Assembly (NCBI GenBank): GCA_965222375.1
Contig: CBDCTZ010000016.1
Coordinates: forward strand, 992,001-1,056,000
DNA from: Polyangiaceae bacterium
GTDB lineage: Bacteria > Myxococcota_A > Polyangia > Polyangiales > Polyangiaceae
DNA length: 64,000 bases
Reading direction: 5' to 3'
The notes beneath the pieces are model-generated. The model saw only the letters and a program-made list of their open reading frames with translations, had not been told where the DNA came from and ran no database searches. Positions within the stretch are counted from its first letter, which is position 1, and each line of letters begins with the position of its first letter. Position numbers and translations under genes: made by a program. Shown here one piece after another: positions 10,587 to 20,796 of this stretch.

Positions 10587-11330
10587 ATGCAGTCGCCGCC
10601 TGAGCTCAACAGGCCACCGATAGTCGAGGTGGTTTGCGGGGTGCGCTTTGCACCACTTGCACTCAGTGCGCCATTGCTCGGACTGCATTGGGCAAGCCGT
10701 CGCAAGGACTATCCCGAAACGGAGGTTCGGCTAGCGATTGGAGAGTACTCCTTCACAGGAGCAGAACTCCCTCCGCAGCGCGTGTGGATGCTCTCCGAAG
10801 ATGGCTCACGCTTGGTACAAATCCAGCACGATCGCTTCTATGTTAACTGGCGAGCTAGCGGTGAAGCCTACCCGACGTTCTCGAACATCCACGCCGCGTT
10901 CAAGGTGGAATACGAGGCATTTCAGAGATTCTGTCTAGAGGAAATCCAGGCGGCACCGGACCCGCTCGAGACCGAGCTGGCGAAGATCTCTGTTTTGCGC
11001 CAATCCGAGCATTGGTCGGATTTCGCGGATTTGTGCGTCGCGCTTCCCGCGCTATCACTGGCGAGGTCGCTGCTCGAGTCGGACTACCCGAACGTCGGAG
11101 TTCAACTGAATGCTCTTCAGGGCGAGCATGTCGTACACAGCGCGATCTCGACGGGCATCGACACCGAGTCGGGAAGCCGTGTGGTCAAAATCGACAATCG
11201 GGTCAACCGTGACACCACGGGTCCGGAGTTCTTCGAGGAACTGGACACGTCCAACGCTTTGCTCAATGATCTGTTTTGTAGACTCGTGCCGAAACAGGAA
11301 ATGATCGCTAGGTTTGGAGGGAAAGTGTAA
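10587..11330 (+). CDS. TIGR04255-family protein
   Basis: N-terminal PPIVEVVCGVRF and R.WMLSEDGSRLVQIQHDRFYVNWR...YPTF signature. Confidence 0.75.
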   Translation: MQSPPELNRPPIVEVVCGVRFAPLALSAPLLGLHWASRRKDYPETEVRLAIGEYSFTGAELPPQRVWMLSEDGSRLVQIQHDRFYVNWRASGEAYPTFSNIHAAFKVEYEAFQRFCLEEIQAAPDPLETELAKISVLRQSEHWSDFADLCVALPALSLARSLLESDYPNVGVQLNALQGEHVVHSAISTGIDTESGSRVVKIDNRVNRDTTGPEFFEELDTSNALLNDLFCRLVPKQEMIARFGGKV

Positions 11331-11797
11331 TGGAGGCTGCGCAGCAAGAAACCGGTTCAAGCGCGTGGACGCACGTCCGCCCAACGCCAGTGAAACGTGG
11401 GATGGCTGTGTCCCCCGAGCCCCGTCAATCGGTTCGCGATTGGAAGGTCTACGTGCCTCAGCAGCTCCGCAACCAAGAGTGGTCGCTCGGCGAGGAGCTT
11501 TTCGCCGCCCTGGCAGAGCATGAGCCGCAGAGCTTGGTTCGGCTTGTTGAGTCTGGCGCGCTGGATCGCGTCGACCTCAGCTTTGCTTTGGAGGCGCTCG
11601 GAAAAGCTGGTGCGGCATACGAGCAGGTGCTGATCTCCAAGCTAACGCATAGCCAGGCCGTGGTGAGGGAGGGTGCGGTGTACGGGCTTGCAGAGCTCGA
11701 AGGAGAGCGGGTCAGGCAGACACTGCTGCGTGCGGCCCAGAACGACAGCAGCCCGGGCGTTCGCGCGGCGGCGGAACAGGTGCTAGCCGGGTTGTAG
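11330..11797 (+). CDS. HEAT-repeat protein
   Basis: VVREGAVYGLAEL and D.SPGVRAAAEQVL repeats; TAATG coupling to the upstream gene. Confidence 0.7.
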   Translation: MEAAQQETGSSAWTHVRPTPVKRGMAVSPEPRQSVRDWKVYVPQQLRNQEWSLGEELFAALAEHEPQSLVRLVESGALDRVDLSFALEALGKAGAAYEQVLISKLTHSQAVVREGAVYGLAELEGERVRQTLLRAAQNDSSPGVRAAAEQVLAGL

Positions 11798-11800
11798 TAG

Positions 11801-12280
11801 ATGAAAGTCGCGCGAATTGGGCGCCGTCGCACAGTCTGGGAAGGGGGCTATGCACCGTCTGAGATCGCGCGTTCGGAGTTTCATGGTTACCCTGAACTCT
11901 CCGTCTACGAAGTGAGCTCAGACGAACGCGCGCAGATGCACGCGGAGCATGGGGCGTCCACGTTGAATCGACCACGCATGCCCTTCTACGCGTTGCTTCT
12001 GGACGGCTTCGGGACGTTGCGACTCGAGCCTGGTGACACGGAGTTCGATTTTACGCGGCAGCGTCATCGGTTGGTGCAGTTCAACAACGACGACGAGTTC
12101 CATCGTTGCATTCGTGCCGTCCAAATCGACGGTAGCCGGATAGAAGAGACCCAGCGCGAGCGCGTTGCGCGCCACGTCGTTTCCGCAATCGAGAGCAACA
12201 GCTCCGAGTGGCTGAGTTGCAAGAACCTAAAAGGTTGGAAGAAGTGGGCGGAGAAGACTTTGAATCCCAATCCGGGATAA
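11801..12280 (+). CDS. Hypothetical protein, possible ADP-ribosyltransferase-like fold
   Basis: ATG 3 nt after the upstream stop; R...LSVY...H pattern. Confidence 0.5.
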   Translation: MKVARIGRRRTVWEGGYAPSEIARSEFHGYPELSVYEVSSDERAQMHAEHGASTLNRPRMPFYALLLDGFGTLRLEPGDTEFDFTRQRHRLVQFNNDDEFHRCIRAVQIDGSRIEETQRERVARHVVSAIESNSSEWLSCKNLKGWKKWAEKTLNPNPG

Positions 12281-12425
12281 CCGCCCCGACCTGCATAGGC
12301 TGTCCGGTACCCGGCTCGCTGGGTCCCAGCGTTCTCTCTTCGCTCCGCGATGAACCGTCGATGACGTCAGTTTCCGGCACATCCCCCAAAGAACATCGCC
12401 CCAACGTCGCGACCCCAAAACAACC

Positions 12426-13589
12426 TCAAGTCGCCAAGGCGCTCCGCCGCGATTCCAACCAGGCAAAACCCGCGGCGGCCAGCAATGCGGCTCCAGCTGC
12501 GGTGAGGTAGGCGGCGGGATAGCCCGCGACGTCGATGATCAGGCCGAAGCTGGGGCCACCGGCGAGCACGCCGACGTGGAACAACGCCGTGAAGGCGGTC
12601 ATGGCGGCGCCGCGTTCGCTGGGTCGCGCGCGGGCCGCCACCAAGCCGGCAAGGATCGGAAAGGCGAAGCCATGCCCGATACCGCACAGCACCCCTGCCA
12701 CCACGATGCTCGCCGTCGAGGTATCTGCGGCCAGCAGCGTGAGTCCGACGGCCAAAGCAAACACCGAAGGATACAGCGTACGAACTGCACCCACGCGATC
12801 GGGCACCCAGCCGAGGGTGACCCGTAGCAGGACTGCCGCACAGGCGAAGGCGCTGAAAAAGGTGCCGACGTTGCCGCTCTTCTCGGCGAGCATGTAGGTC
12901 TTGAGGAAGATGAAGAGGGTCGACAGCGCCGTGGCGAACACGACTCCGAGAAACCAGATCGGGATCAAATTCGGTTCGCGCAGCGTGGTCAAGAAACCGC
13001 GTGCGGGCAACATGTCGGCGGGTTGCTTCGCATCGCGCAGGGGCAGAGACACGAGCAGCGCCACCACGCCCACGATGACCGTGAACCAGAACAGTGCGCC
13101 GTAGCCCCAGCGGCTGACGATCATGTCGCCTAGCGCGCCCGCCAATGCAACAGGAAGCAGCCCCGAGACGCCGAACAGCGCGATGCCTTCGGTGCGCCGA
13201 TCTTCGGGCACGATGTCCGCGGCGTAGGTGAACACCGCGGAGAACAACATGCCCTCCGCAATGCCGTGCACGGCGCGCACGACGTAGACCCAGGGGCCCA
13301 TCTTGTCGATGGTCAGGTACGCCGCGCACACGGCAATGTGAACCACGGAGCCGAACAAGATGATGAAGCGTCGGCCGTGGCGATCCATGGCGCGACCCAC
13401 GAAAGGACGCGACGCCAAGGCGGCGATGGCCAAGAACGAAAACGCCGAGCCGATGTCGACGCTGCTTGCGCCCAAGCTCTCCAAGAAGCCCGACAGATGC
13501 ACATAGCTGTGCAGCGCCAAGGAGTGCGCGAAGCTCGCGATCCACGCGAGCACGAACATGTGAGACAGAAGAGGAGTGCGGGACGGCAC
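12426..13589 (-). CDS. MFS transporter
   Basis: About 12 TM segments; GRAMDRHGRR and GWVPDRVG motif A copies; start uncertain. Confidence 0.9.
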   Translation of the reverse strand: MPSRTPLLSHMFVLAWIASFAHSLALHSYVHLSGFLESLGASSVDIGSAFSFLAIAALASRPFVGRAMDRHGRRFIILFGSVVHIAVCAAYLTIDKMGPWVYVVRAVHGIAEGMLFSAVFTYAADIVPEDRRTEGIALFGVSGLLPVALAGALGDMIVSRWGYGALFWFTVIVGVVALLVSLPLRDAKQPADMLPARGFLTTLREPNLIPIWFLGVVFATALSTLFIFLKTYMLAEKSGNVGTFFSAFACAAVLLRVTLGWVPDRVGAVRTLYPSVFALAVGLTLLAADTSTASIVVAGVLCGIGHGFAFPILAGLVAARARPSERGAAMTAFTALFHVGVLAGGPSFGLIIDVAGYPAAYLTAAGAALLAAAGFAWLESRRSALAT

Positions 13590-13733
13590 GGTGACCAGTG
13601 TGGTGTCGAGGTTCGGAAACCGGCAGACCCTACAGTGCAACTGCAAACTTGTATTGCAGCTGCAATATCCCGCTCGGAAACCGCTCCTTCACGCCTGCCA
13701 CAACAGCTGTCGACGCGCTAATCTTCGCTCACC

Positions 13734-14339
13734 ATGCGCGGCTGGGGAATTGGGACGATTGCAGCGTTTTCGTTGCTCGGCGGTTGCGACGGTGCGCCTC
13801 GCGAAACTGGGGAAAAGCAAGAGCCCGCAACGCAAAAGCAAGCGTCGGTGTCGGCGCCTGCCAAACCAGCGCCGACGGTGGTGGCTCGCCCGAACTTTGG
13901 CGGCTCCGTGCACTCGGAGGCCCTCGCGGCACTACCTGCTTCCGAGCGCGAAAAAGTCGCTGCTTCGCCGGTGCCGGTGTTGGTGCCCAAAGACGCCGCG
14001 TGGCTCCCGAAGTTGGTGATCACCACGGGGCCACATTGGTTCGCCTTCAGTGTCACTCAGGATGGCGTTACGGTGAGCGTGCACGCGACCCGCGTGGCGC
14101 ACGTGCATCCGGACATGCCCGCCAAGAAGCCGGATCGGGACCTGCGCAAGACGAAGGGGTTCGTGGGTCAGAACGAACTGATTTGGAACGCGTCTTGGCA
14201 GGAGCGGGAGGTTGCCTACTCCCTCGACGTGGAGTGCGCTGTGACTGCGGATGCGCGCTGCGCCGATGACAAGTTTCTGATCGAGATGGCGGAAAGCCTG
14301 GTGTACGTCGGCGGCAACCCAAAGAGCGCGGAGCCATGA
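13734..14339 (+). CDS. Lipoprotein, co-transcribed with the M23 peptidase
   Basis: LLGGC lipobox; ATGA overlap with the next gene. Confidence 0.7.
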   Translation: MRGWGIGTIAAFSLLGGCDGAPRETGEKQEPATQKQASVSAPAKPAPTVVARPNFGGSVHSEALAALPASEREKVAASPVPVLVPKDAAWLPKLVITTGPHWFAFSVTQDGVTVSVHATRVAHVHPDMPAKKPDRDLRKTKGFVGQNELIWNASWQEREVAYSLDVECAVTADARCADDKFLIEMAESLVYVGGNPKSAEP

Positions 14340-15700
14340 AGCACGCTCTAGCCGCCGCGTCCCTCTTTTGCGCTGCCAGCTTGTGCGGCTCCGCGTCGCT
14401 CGCCGCGCCGTTTTCATATCAACCCCCGGGCCAATTGGTGGCGGGCTCGGGCACCGGCCGCGTCGACAACAAAGTGTACGTGCCCGGCATGCGCTTCCCC
14501 ATCGAACTCGCGCCGGCCTTTCTCAACTCCCAGGTTTGGGGCGTCGGTGGTTCTCAAGGTCCGTCGGGTTCTCAATGCGACTCGAAGAACTTTTCCTACC
14601 CCTGGTGGGACAACTATTGCGAAAAGCGCAGCTGGAAGATGCCGCTGTGCCCGTCGGGCACGGGGCACCAAGGCCAGGACATCCGCGCTTCGAGCTGCGA
14701 CAAGAACAAGCATTGGGTCGTCGCTACCGTAGACGGGAAGATCACCAGCATCGGTAGCTACTCCGTGTATCTCACGGCCAACGACGGCACAATTCACCGC
14801 TTTTTGCACATGGGCAGCGTGCAGGTGAGTACCGGTCAATCCATCAAGAAGGGCACCCGCGTCGGCAAAGTCAGCAACGCCTTCGGCGGCACGCCAACGA
14901 CGGTGCACTTGCACTTCGACCTGAAGCAGAACGTCTCGGGTGTCGGCAGCGTCTACGTGCCGACTTACATGTCGCTGATCAAAGGCTACGAAGCATTGAT
15001 TGGCCCCGTTGCTCCAGCGATGGCCGCGAAGTTGACGGGACAGCGCTCGGACGCGGTCCCGGATCCCGATGGCGTCGCCGACTATCGCGTGTGCACTGGC
15101 CAGCCCATTCGCATGTGGTTCCAGCTGGAGAACACTGGCACCCTGCCGTGGACGGACGTGGGCGGCGCGTCCGATGGGCAGAGCGTGCGCCTCGGCGTGC
15201 CAGGTGACACCAAGGATCCGTTGACCGGTACCTCGCGCATTAGCGTCAATGAGAACTTGAATGTCGACGTCGTCCCTGCATCTGCAAGCCCAGCCGGTCC
15301 CGACTGCTACGACAACAAGGGCTGCCGCCGTACCGAGTTCACCAAAGATGGCATCCTGGCCGCCGCACCCGCGACGCCGGGCATCGTCGAATCCAAATGG
15401 CAGCTGGTCGACGAGTTACGCCAGTGGTTCGGCCCCACCTTGAGCATGAGTTTCAACGTGGTCGAGTGCCTAGGTGGGCTCGACAGCGGCTCCTGGGGTG
15501 ATGGCTCCGTGCTTGGCACCGGTGGCGGCAGCGGAAGTGGCGCGGGTGGTGGCAGTGCACAAACGACCCAGCGTCTCAGTCAGGGTGAAGAGGGTTGCGG
15601 CTGTCGTGTTCCTGCTAGTGGCGGGTCGCCAATGGGGCGATTTGCGTGGCTACTTGCACTAACTGCGTTGCTTCGGCGGCGTCGCGCGCGTCGAAGCTGA
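14336..15700 (+). CDS. M23-family peptidase with MYXO-CTERM sorting tail
   Basis: Signal peptide, HQGQD and HLH zinc motifs, C-terminal GCGCRV..TM..RRRR. Confidence 0.85.
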   Translation: MKHALAAASLFCAASLCGSASLAAPFSYQPPGQLVAGSGTGRVDNKVYVPGMRFPIELAPAFLNSQVWGVGGSQGPSGSQCDSKNFSYPWWDNYCEKRSWKMPLCPSGTGHQGQDIRASSCDKNKHWVVATVDGKITSIGSYSVYLTANDGTIHRFLHMGSVQVSTGQSIKKGTRVGKVSNAFGGTPTTVHLHFDLKQNVSGVGSVYVPTYMSLIKGYEALIGPVAPAMAAKLTGQRSDAVPDPDGVADYRVCTGQPIRMWFQLENTGTLPWTDVGGASDGQSVRLGVPGDTKDPLTGTSRISVNENLNVDVVPASASPAGPDCYDNKGCRRTEFTKDGILAAAPATPGIVESKWQLVDELRQWFGPTLSMSFNVVECLGGLDSGSWGDGSVLGTGGGSGSGAGGGSAQTTQRLSQGEEGCGCRVPASGGSPMGRFAWLLALTALLRRRRARRS

Positions 15701-15952
15701 TAGGGCTGGAACCGACGCGGGCGACTCGGGCGGGGGGCGTCTCGTGGGTGGATCTCTCCTCCGAATCAGTGTTGCCGTGGCAACGCTGAATTCGAGTGGA
15801 TGCAGGGTGGGATGGGGCTGGGCGGGGGCCGCGAAAGCAACGTACACCTCGCGAGCAATAGAACACTGCCCGATTCCGCATGTTGAACAACCGATTGCGT
15901 GCTGGTAAAGCCCGCGTGAGTTGCCAACGCCGAAGTAAGGAGAAGTGAACCC

Positions 15953-16570
15953 ATGCGTGCTCGACTAGCCCTCACGAGATGCTCTTCGTTGGTCTCACTC
16001 GCACTGTCCGCGAGTTTGTTCGCTGCCTGCGGGAGCAGTGGCGGCGGAGGGGGAGGCGCCACTGGCGGAGGAGGTGGAATCGCGGCAGCAGGTGGCGGCT
16101 CCGTCACGAATTGTCCTGCGCGGTGTCAAGCCGTAGCAGCTCAGTGCGGGCAGGATCCTGCAGCGTGCGGTCAGGTGTGCGCGACCGTTAGCGAGAAGGA
16201 ACTCAGCTGCAGCGAGACGTCGAACTGCGACCAGGCTGCCTACGAGACATGCGTTCTCGCTGGCACCGGCGGCACGTCAGGTGGCGGTGGCACTTCCGGT
16301 AGCGGGGGGGCCCCGGGGGGAGGTGGCACATCGGGCAGTAGCGGCGCGGGTGCGGGTGGCGGAAACGGATGCGGGACACCCGGTGGGACCTTTGCGTGTG
16401 GTTCGACACAGTGCCGCCTCGACGACCAATTCTGCATTGGCGATTCGTTGTGCATCAACTTCGATGGCTGTCCAAGCTGCAATAGCCCCAGCATCAACGC
16501 GTGCGGGGCTGGGAAATCGCCAACCTGCACTGGAAGCCCAAGCACTGGCATTCGGGTCAGCTGCAACTGA
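15953..16570 (+). CDS. Cys/Gly-rich lipoprotein
   Basis: FAAC lipobox, Gly linkers, Cys-rich modules. Confidence 0.65.
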   Translation: MRARLALTRCSSLVSLALSASLFAACGSSGGGGGGATGGGGGIAAAGGGSVTNCPARCQAVAAQCGQDPAACGQVCATVSEKELSCSETSNCDQAAYETCVLAGTGGTSGGGGTSGSGGAPGGGGTSGSSGAGAGGGNGCGTPGGTFACGSTQCRLDDQFCIGDSLCINFDGCPSCNSPSINACGAGKSPTCTGSPSTGIRVSCN

Positions 16571-16635
16571 CCGAGCCACGCTTCGCCAGTTACTCTAGGT
16601 TGTTGGGGGTCGGTTCGCGTTCTCTCCCAGGGGCA

Positions 16636-17259
16636 CTACTCCCGCTCTTCCCCACCCGCCGCGTCCGCGGCGCGATCCTCGGGGGTGTCCCAATCCCGCA
16701 GCTCTGCATCCGGAAGCTCGATCGGGGTCGCGTCGAGCTCATTGATGAGTCGCTGGAGAGACAGAGCGCCGCCCTCCAAGCGAGCTTGTGCGGTTGCAAG
16801 GCACGCACCGGGCGCGTAACGGGCAACGAGGGGCTCCCAAATCTCCCCGCGCCGCGGCGCAACGACGCCAGCCGTCGCCGAATGCGCTGCCAGCGACGCG
16901 ATGGACCTTCGCGACAGATACGGCAGATCGCACGCGAGGGCGTAGACATGCGCAAAGCCGCGTAATTGTCCCGCCGCGAGCAGTGCCACCAAGCCGCCGA
17001 GGGGGCCTTGGCCGGTGCGTGCATCTTCGATGACCGTCAGGGGCACGCTGGCGTAGGCGGACTGTTTGCCTACCAGCACCATATCGGCCTCGGGCAGAGC
17101 GGCGCGTGCTTCTGTGGCCAGGCGCTCGAGCAGCGTTTGCTCTTGGTTGGGTGCTGGCAACATCCCTTTGGCCGAACCGCCCATGCGTGAGCTGCGGCCG
17201 CCGACAAAAATCCCGACGAGCGCCCTCCCTGGAGCCTCAGATCCGCCTTCGCCGCTCAC
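16636..17259 (-). CDS. mobA: Molybdenum cofactor guanylyltransferase
   Basis: GGRSSRMG..K, GPLGGL, ACDLP, EPL.A.Y, DTPED. Confidence 0.88.
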   Translation of the reverse strand: MSGEGGSEAPGRALVGIFVGGRSSRMGGSAKGMLPAPNQEQTLLERLATEARAALPEADMVLVGKQSAYASVPLTVIEDARTGQGPLGGLVALLAAGQLRGFAHVYALACDLPYLSRRSIASLAAHSATAGVVAPRRGEIWEPLVARYAPGACLATAQARLEGGALSLQRLINELDATPIELPDAELRDWDTPEDRAADAAGGEERE

Positions 17260-18467
17260 AGCTCCGCCAAGGGGATCGTATCCACCACGGATCCAGCGGG
17301 GAGATGCTCTGCGTCGTGGGGTACGTCGATCAGAGCATCTGCCCGGGCCATGCTCACCGGAGAGCCTGAAGCCTGGTTCGTCATGGGTTCAACGCCGCCA
17401 TCGTCCTGGTAGCGACCGCGACTGAATGCGCGGCGACCTGGCTTCTGACGGATCTCGTGCAGCAACTTCGCCCTCCGGCGGCGAGGCAGCGCGGTGGCGT
17501 CCTGCTGCAGGCTGCGTAGCAGCGGCGCGCCGAACAATGTGAAGGTGACCTGGGCGCTGACGGGATTGCCCGGAAGTCCGAAGATGAGAGTCTTGCCGAT
17601 TCGACCGAAAGCCAGAGGTTTGCCGGGTTTGATCCGCACCTTGTAAAAGTCGAGGGTCGCGCCGAGGGACTCCAAGGCGGGTCGGACGACGTCGTGGTCG
17701 CCCACACTCACGCCGCCAACGGTGAGCAGCACGTCGGCTCCCGTCACGGCTTGCTCCAGCAGCTGCTTGGTGGCGTTCATGTCGTCGGGTGCGAGCGGAG
17801 CTAGTAGAGGCTCGCAGCCGACTTGGCGGATCAAGCCGGACAGTGCGTAGCCGTTGGACTCGGGAATGCTACCCGGCCGCGCGCGAGATCCCGGCGGACG
17901 CAGCTCGTCGCCGGTGCAGACGATGACCACTCGAGGGCGGCGACTGACCAAGACGCTCATTCGGTCGAGGGCGGCGATGAGCCCGATGCAGCCTGCACTC
18001 AGGCGTGTGCCCGAGGTCAACGCCGCGGTGTTCTCTTCGAGGTCTTCACCTTTGCGGCGTACGTGGTTGAAGGCTGGGGGCTCGCTCGAAAACGTGGCCG
18101 TGTTGCCTTGGCGCTCGACGTTTTCCTGCATCACGACCGCGTCTGCGCCATCGGGCAGCTGAGCGCCCGTGAAGATCCTGCACGTGGTGCCGGGCTCGAG
18201 GGTTGGTGCTGGATGCCCAGTTTGACTTTCGCCAACTACTGGCAGGGCAAGCGGACCGTCGCCATTGAAATCTGCGATGCGCACGGCGTAGCCATCCATT
18301 GCGCTGTAGTCGAAGGCGGGCATTGCCGTGTGTGCGATCAAGTCCTCCCGCAGCACACGCCCGAGCGCGCTGACTAGCTCCACGCGTTCAGTGCCGATGG
18401 GTGTGGCTGCGGCCAGCACTTTTTGCAGGGCGTCGTCGAAAGCGAGCATGACGGGCAGCATAGTCAA
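17256..18467 (-). CDS. moeA: Molybdopterin molybdenumtransferase
   Basis: SAMDGYA, RIFTGA, TGDEL, GGVSVG, KPGKP, GLPGNPVS. Confidence 0.95.
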   Translation of the reverse strand: MTMLPVMLAFDDALQKVLAAATPIGTERVELVSALGRVLREDLIAHTAMPAFDYSAMDGYAVRIADFNGDGPLALPVVGESQTGHPAPTLEPGTTCRIFTGAQLPDGADAVVMQENVERQGNTATFSSEPPAFNHVRRKGEDLEENTAALTSGTRLSAGCIGLIAALDRMSVLVSRRPRVVIVCTGDELRPPGSRARPGSIPESNGYALSGLIRQVGCEPLLAPLAPDDMNATKQLLEQAVTGADVLLTVGGVSVGDHDVVRPALESLGATLDFYKVRIKPGKPLAFGRIGKTLIFGLPGNPVSAQVTFTLFGAPLLRSLQQDATALPRRRRAKLLHEIRQKPGRRAFSRGRYQDDGGVEPMTNQASGSPVSMARADALIDVPHDAEHLPAGSVVDTIPLAEL

Positions 18468-18652
18468 TGCTCGGCAGATTCAGAGTGCTGTGACAAAAGC
18501 GCGACGACGCGCGTTCACGAACGCCCAAATCCAGTTTCTGGGTCCCGATTTGCCGATTTCACGAAACTGCGGCGTTTTTTGGCCGAATTCGTGGCGTTCC
18601 GCTCTCGTCAAAGGAATGGGCACGCGAGTTGCTCCTAGCAGGTCTGGATCGC

Positions 18653-20002
18653 ATGATTGAACCAATGAACGTCCGAGCTTTTCGCAGCTGGCTGGTCGCT
18701 GTCTGCGTGCTGTGCTTCCCGCTGATCGCCCAAGCTCAGGCGACTTGGGAAGACGCGCCGCCGGATGGCCCCACTGAGCTCGAGGTCGATCAGAGCTCGG
18801 GCATGACCGCGGACGCAGCGGGCGATGCCGAGGCCGGGGCGAACTACTCGGCGAGTGGTGATGTTGGATACAACGATCGAGATCCGCGCGCGCTGACGGA
18901 CTTCTCCGCGGAGTTGAAGCCCTACGGCTACTGGCGCAATGACCCGACCTACGGAACCGTGTGGGTCCCGTACAAGCGGGCTGTGGGCAAGGACTTCAAG
19001 CCTTACGTCACGAACGGTCATTGGGCCCAGGCGGAAGATGGCGAGTGGATTTGGGTGAGCAACTACCCATTTGGTTGGGTGGTGTTTCACTACGGGCGCT
19101 GGGTCTGGGTCCGTGGCACCGGCTGGGCTTGGATCCCCGGGCGCGAGTACTCCCACGCTTGGGTGGTTTGGCGCGTTCCAGATCCCGGCGTCTACTATGT
19201 GGGTTGGGCGCCGATGCCCCCCGACTACATCTGGGTCAATGGCGTAGCCGTCGGTGTCGGATTTGGTGTGTACACGGCCTGGGTGTTTTGTCCGAGCCGG
19301 TACGCGTACAGCTACCACTTACACACCCACATCGTGCACGATCATCACCACGTGCGCTATCTGGGCGCCCACACTCATCACTATCACGCTCATGGTCGGC
19401 CCCGTTATGTTGGCCCGAGGCCGAAGCAAGCTCGCATCCCCGCGCGAGCGGTGCCGAGCAAACGCGTCGCCGCCAATCCAAAGGCCGTCGCCGCCTCGAG
19501 GCCCTCAGGGCCATCAGCGCGGCGGGGTTTCGCGGGCGCTCGTCGCGGCCCGCCGCGCTCGTCGCCTCGTCTTCGCGGTGTGAAGAGCCTGGGCAGCAAC
19601 GCCGCACCCGCAGGGCGGCGTCGTGCTCCGCGGGCCGTGCCGCGGGGGCCGACGCCTATGCGAAACTATCGAGCCGCGCCCCCGTCTCGTCGCAGTTCGG
19701 TGACGCCGCAACGGCGCTACGTGCCGAAGTCACGTCGTGCGGGCCCGCCCCAACGGCGCTACGTGCCGAAATCTCGTCGCGCCGCGCCTCAGCGGCGCTA
19801 TGCGCCGAAATCCAACGCCGCGCCCAAGCGAGTGAAGCGAACCAAGGTTTCGCCTAGAGCGCCGCAGACCCGCTCGGCTCCCCGACGCTCGTCGCCCCCT
19901 TCCGTTCGCAGGGCGCCGCCGCGTACGGTACAACCCTACAAGCCCCCCACGCCCAAGCGGCGGGCTCCGTCCCGTTCCAGAGCCCGCTCTCGGCGCCGCT
20001 GA
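18653..20002 (+). CDS. DUF6600-like exported protein with Arg/Pro-rich tail
   Basis: L.PYG.W, PY..GHW, W.WVS..PFGW..FHYGRW, GWAP.PP; three QRRY(V/A)PKS repeats in the tail. Confidence 0.75.
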   Translation: MIEPMNVRAFRSWLVAVCVLCFPLIAQAQATWEDAPPDGPTELEVDQSSGMTADAAGDAEAGANYSASGDVGYNDRDPRALTDFSAELKPYGYWRNDPTYGTVWVPYKRAVGKDFKPYVTNGHWAQAEDGEWIWVSNYPFGWVVFHYGRWVWVRGTGWAWIPGREYSHAWVVWRVPDPGVYYVGWAPMPPDYIWVNGVAVGVGFGVYTAWVFCPSRYAYSYHLHTHIVHDHHHVRYLGAHTHHYHAHGRPRYVGPRPKQARIPARAVPSKRVAANPKAVAASRPSGPSARRGFAGARRGPPRSSPRLRGVKSLGSNAAPAGRRRAPRAVPRGPTPMRNYRAAPPSRRSSVTPQRRYVPKSRRAGPPQRRYVPKSRRAAPQRRYAPKSNAAPKRVKRTKVSPRAPQTRSAPRRSSPPSVRRAPPRTVQPYKPPTPKRRAPSRSRARSRRR

Positions 20003-20003
20003 A

Positions 20004-20600
20004 GTGACCACCATGTCCACCCAACTTGCCACCATCCTACGCACTGCCCCACAGCTGGCTCTGACCGGTGTGCTCATGGCTTTCGGCCTGGGCTGCCAAT
20101 ACGAGGATCGACCCGAGGGCAAATCGGGAACCCACTTCGGCCACCCGCCCAAGAAGGAAATCACGCTGGCCACCATCGATACCGGTGCGACCCTGGCGTC
20201 GATCGAGCCGGGCAAAGGTGTCGGGGTGTTCGTGGAGTACCAAGCCGGCGGCATTTGGCGAGTGACCACTGCCTGCGACACGGAAATCTCCGACGTGACC
20301 TGCCTCTTCGACATCATCGTCGGCACGGAAAAGACCTCGCAGCTCATCGATTTCGCGCCCGAAGAGCTCGAAAGCTCCGACTACCTGGATTGGGCAGCGT
20401 CGAACGAGGTGCGCATGGTCAACGACAACTCCTTCGGCCTCGATGGCATGCAGGTGACGACCGAACCCGGGGTCACGCTTCGCGTGGACGTGTTCTTGGA
20501 CGACAACCCCGAGCCGCGCTTCATCTACTGGGTCGGCAACGGCGGCCTGCACCGGGGCGCGCCGACCAACCCCATCGATCTGTCGCCGAGCGCACCCTAG
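20004..20600 (+). CDS. Lipoprotein of unknown function
   Basis: FGLGC lipobox; coupled to the upstream gene. Confidence 0.65.
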   Translation: MTTMSTQLATILRTAPQLALTGVLMAFGLGCQYEDRPEGKSGTHFGHPPKKEITLATIDTGATLASIEPGKGVGVFVEYQAGGIWRVTTACDTEISDVTCLFDIIVGTEKTSQLIDFAPEELESSDYLDWAASNEVRMVNDNSFGLDGMQVTTEPGVTLRVDVFLDDNPEPRFIYWVGNGGLHRGAPTNPIDLSPSAP

Positions 20601-20796
20601 CCGCGCGCTGCGCGTCCACGTTGTTTGTAGCAGAGGGTGTGCGCTTCCTGCGTGCGCGACTGATCGGACGCCAGGCTTGCACGCGCAACGGACACCGATT
20701 CGCAGGCGTTCTGCGCACTTCCGCGCACATCGGCACACATTCCCTCGGCTCAGAAATCGGGGTGCCCATGCTCGACCAAACGCGCGGCCCCTGGAC

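Noticed and set aside
15767..15789. Palindrome TCAGTGTTGCC-GT-GGCAACGCTGA
   Set aside because: Single intergenic hairpin without a U-tract or a second copy; no function can be supported
19709..19813. Three ~40-bp tandem repeats
   Set aside because: In-frame coding repeats (QRRYVPKS) in a low-complexity tail, with no spacer structure
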